A stretch of 64,000 bases of DNA. Origin: an uncultured Solirubrobacterales bacterium (GTDB lineage Bacteria; Actinomycetota; Thermoleophilia; Solirubrobacterales; 70-9). Below, piece by piece: positions 63,947 through 64,000 of the stretch; the stretch's first letter is position 1, and every line of letters begins with the position of its first letter. The position numbers were made by a program, and so were the translations under genes. Below the pieces are notes generated by a model. That model ran no database searches. It was not told the origin of the DNA and was given only the letters and a program-made list of their open reading frames with translations. Where the stretch lies: assembly GCA_963719435.1 (NCBI GenBank), contig OY970384.1, positions 2,623,835 to 2,687,834 of the forward strand, given 5' to 3'.

Positions 63947-64000
63947 GTGCGACCCGCCGTCTACATCCCCAACTACAACGGCTCCGCCCGCCTGGGCCGG
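63947..64000 (+). CDS. start of a probable family 2 glycosyltransferase (3' end cut by the window)
   Basis: GTG 63947 followed by RPAVYIPNYNGSARLGR, the typical GT2 N-terminal strand (IPxYNG). Only 18 codons are visible. Confidence 0.4.
   Translation, partial: MRPAVYIPNYNGSARLGR

Overview
High-G+C, densely coding chromosomal segment of actinobacterial type. The domain repertoire is reminiscent of Thermoleophilia/Solirubrobacterales, but that is inference only. I can support about 55 protein genes, 3 tRNAs and a set of long intergenic palindromes.

Gene content, left to right:
- 2-5054: MprF-type DUF2156 domain gene (cut by the window edge), two convergent paralogous membrane proteins, an APC amino-acid permease and a DUF998-like membrane protein.
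- 5232-8507: a three-gene secreted operon. It holds a TasA/camelysin-like protein, an FxCxLDG domain fused to a TasA-like domain, and a protein with four tandem Ig-like repeats.
- 8517-17179, minus strand: an atypical kdp locus. The order is HK - kdpE - 26-aa peptide - kdpF - kdpA - kdpC - kdpB - stand-alone KdpD N-terminal sensor - USP-like protein - cupredoxin.
- 17335-21469: ECF sigma, putative anti-sigma and an RCC1-propeller surface protein.
- 21626-26414: tRNA-Arg, thioesterase, crotonase, pyruvate kinase, P450 and a hypothetical protein.
- 26419-27288: a low-G+C islet of about 0.77 kb, flanked by a 15-bp direct repeat of the 3' end of tRNA-Ser(GCT).
- 27348-36769: PLP deaminase-like enzyme, ALO-type FAD oxidase, MFS transporter, tRNA-Ser(TGA), non-canonical K-channel-like protein, PadR, cyclophilin, a large orphan secreted protein and Mrp/ApbC.
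- 36809-37222: two elements of about 150 nt with long stems and a conserved core.
- 37295-54167: fdxA, an S8 protease with an Ig+PASTA tail, an NAD-binding protein, a GH26-like hydrolase, groES-groEL with CIRCE, SRPBCC and ASCH proteins, an RTX-repeat protein, pcm, crp-family regulator, a zinc metalloprotease and the Lhr helicase.
- 54360-64000: a polysaccharide cluster with a GH, a Gly/Ser/Asn-rich anchored protein, an O-antigen-ligase-like protein, the priming phosphotransferase, two GT2 genes and rfbACBD homologues.

Most interesting observations:
1. The two inverted, conserved-core, long-stem elements between mrp and fdxA.
2. The TasA-like operon, which has no SipW peptidase in the window.
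3. The rearranged and split kdp locus.
4. The tRNA-Ser islet.
5. The shared Ig+PASTA C-terminal module on two unrelated secreted proteins.

No CRISPR array, transposase, integrase or recognisable defence genes were seen. Many long ORFs in the track are Arg/Pro/Gly-rich shadow frames of real genes and were discarded.
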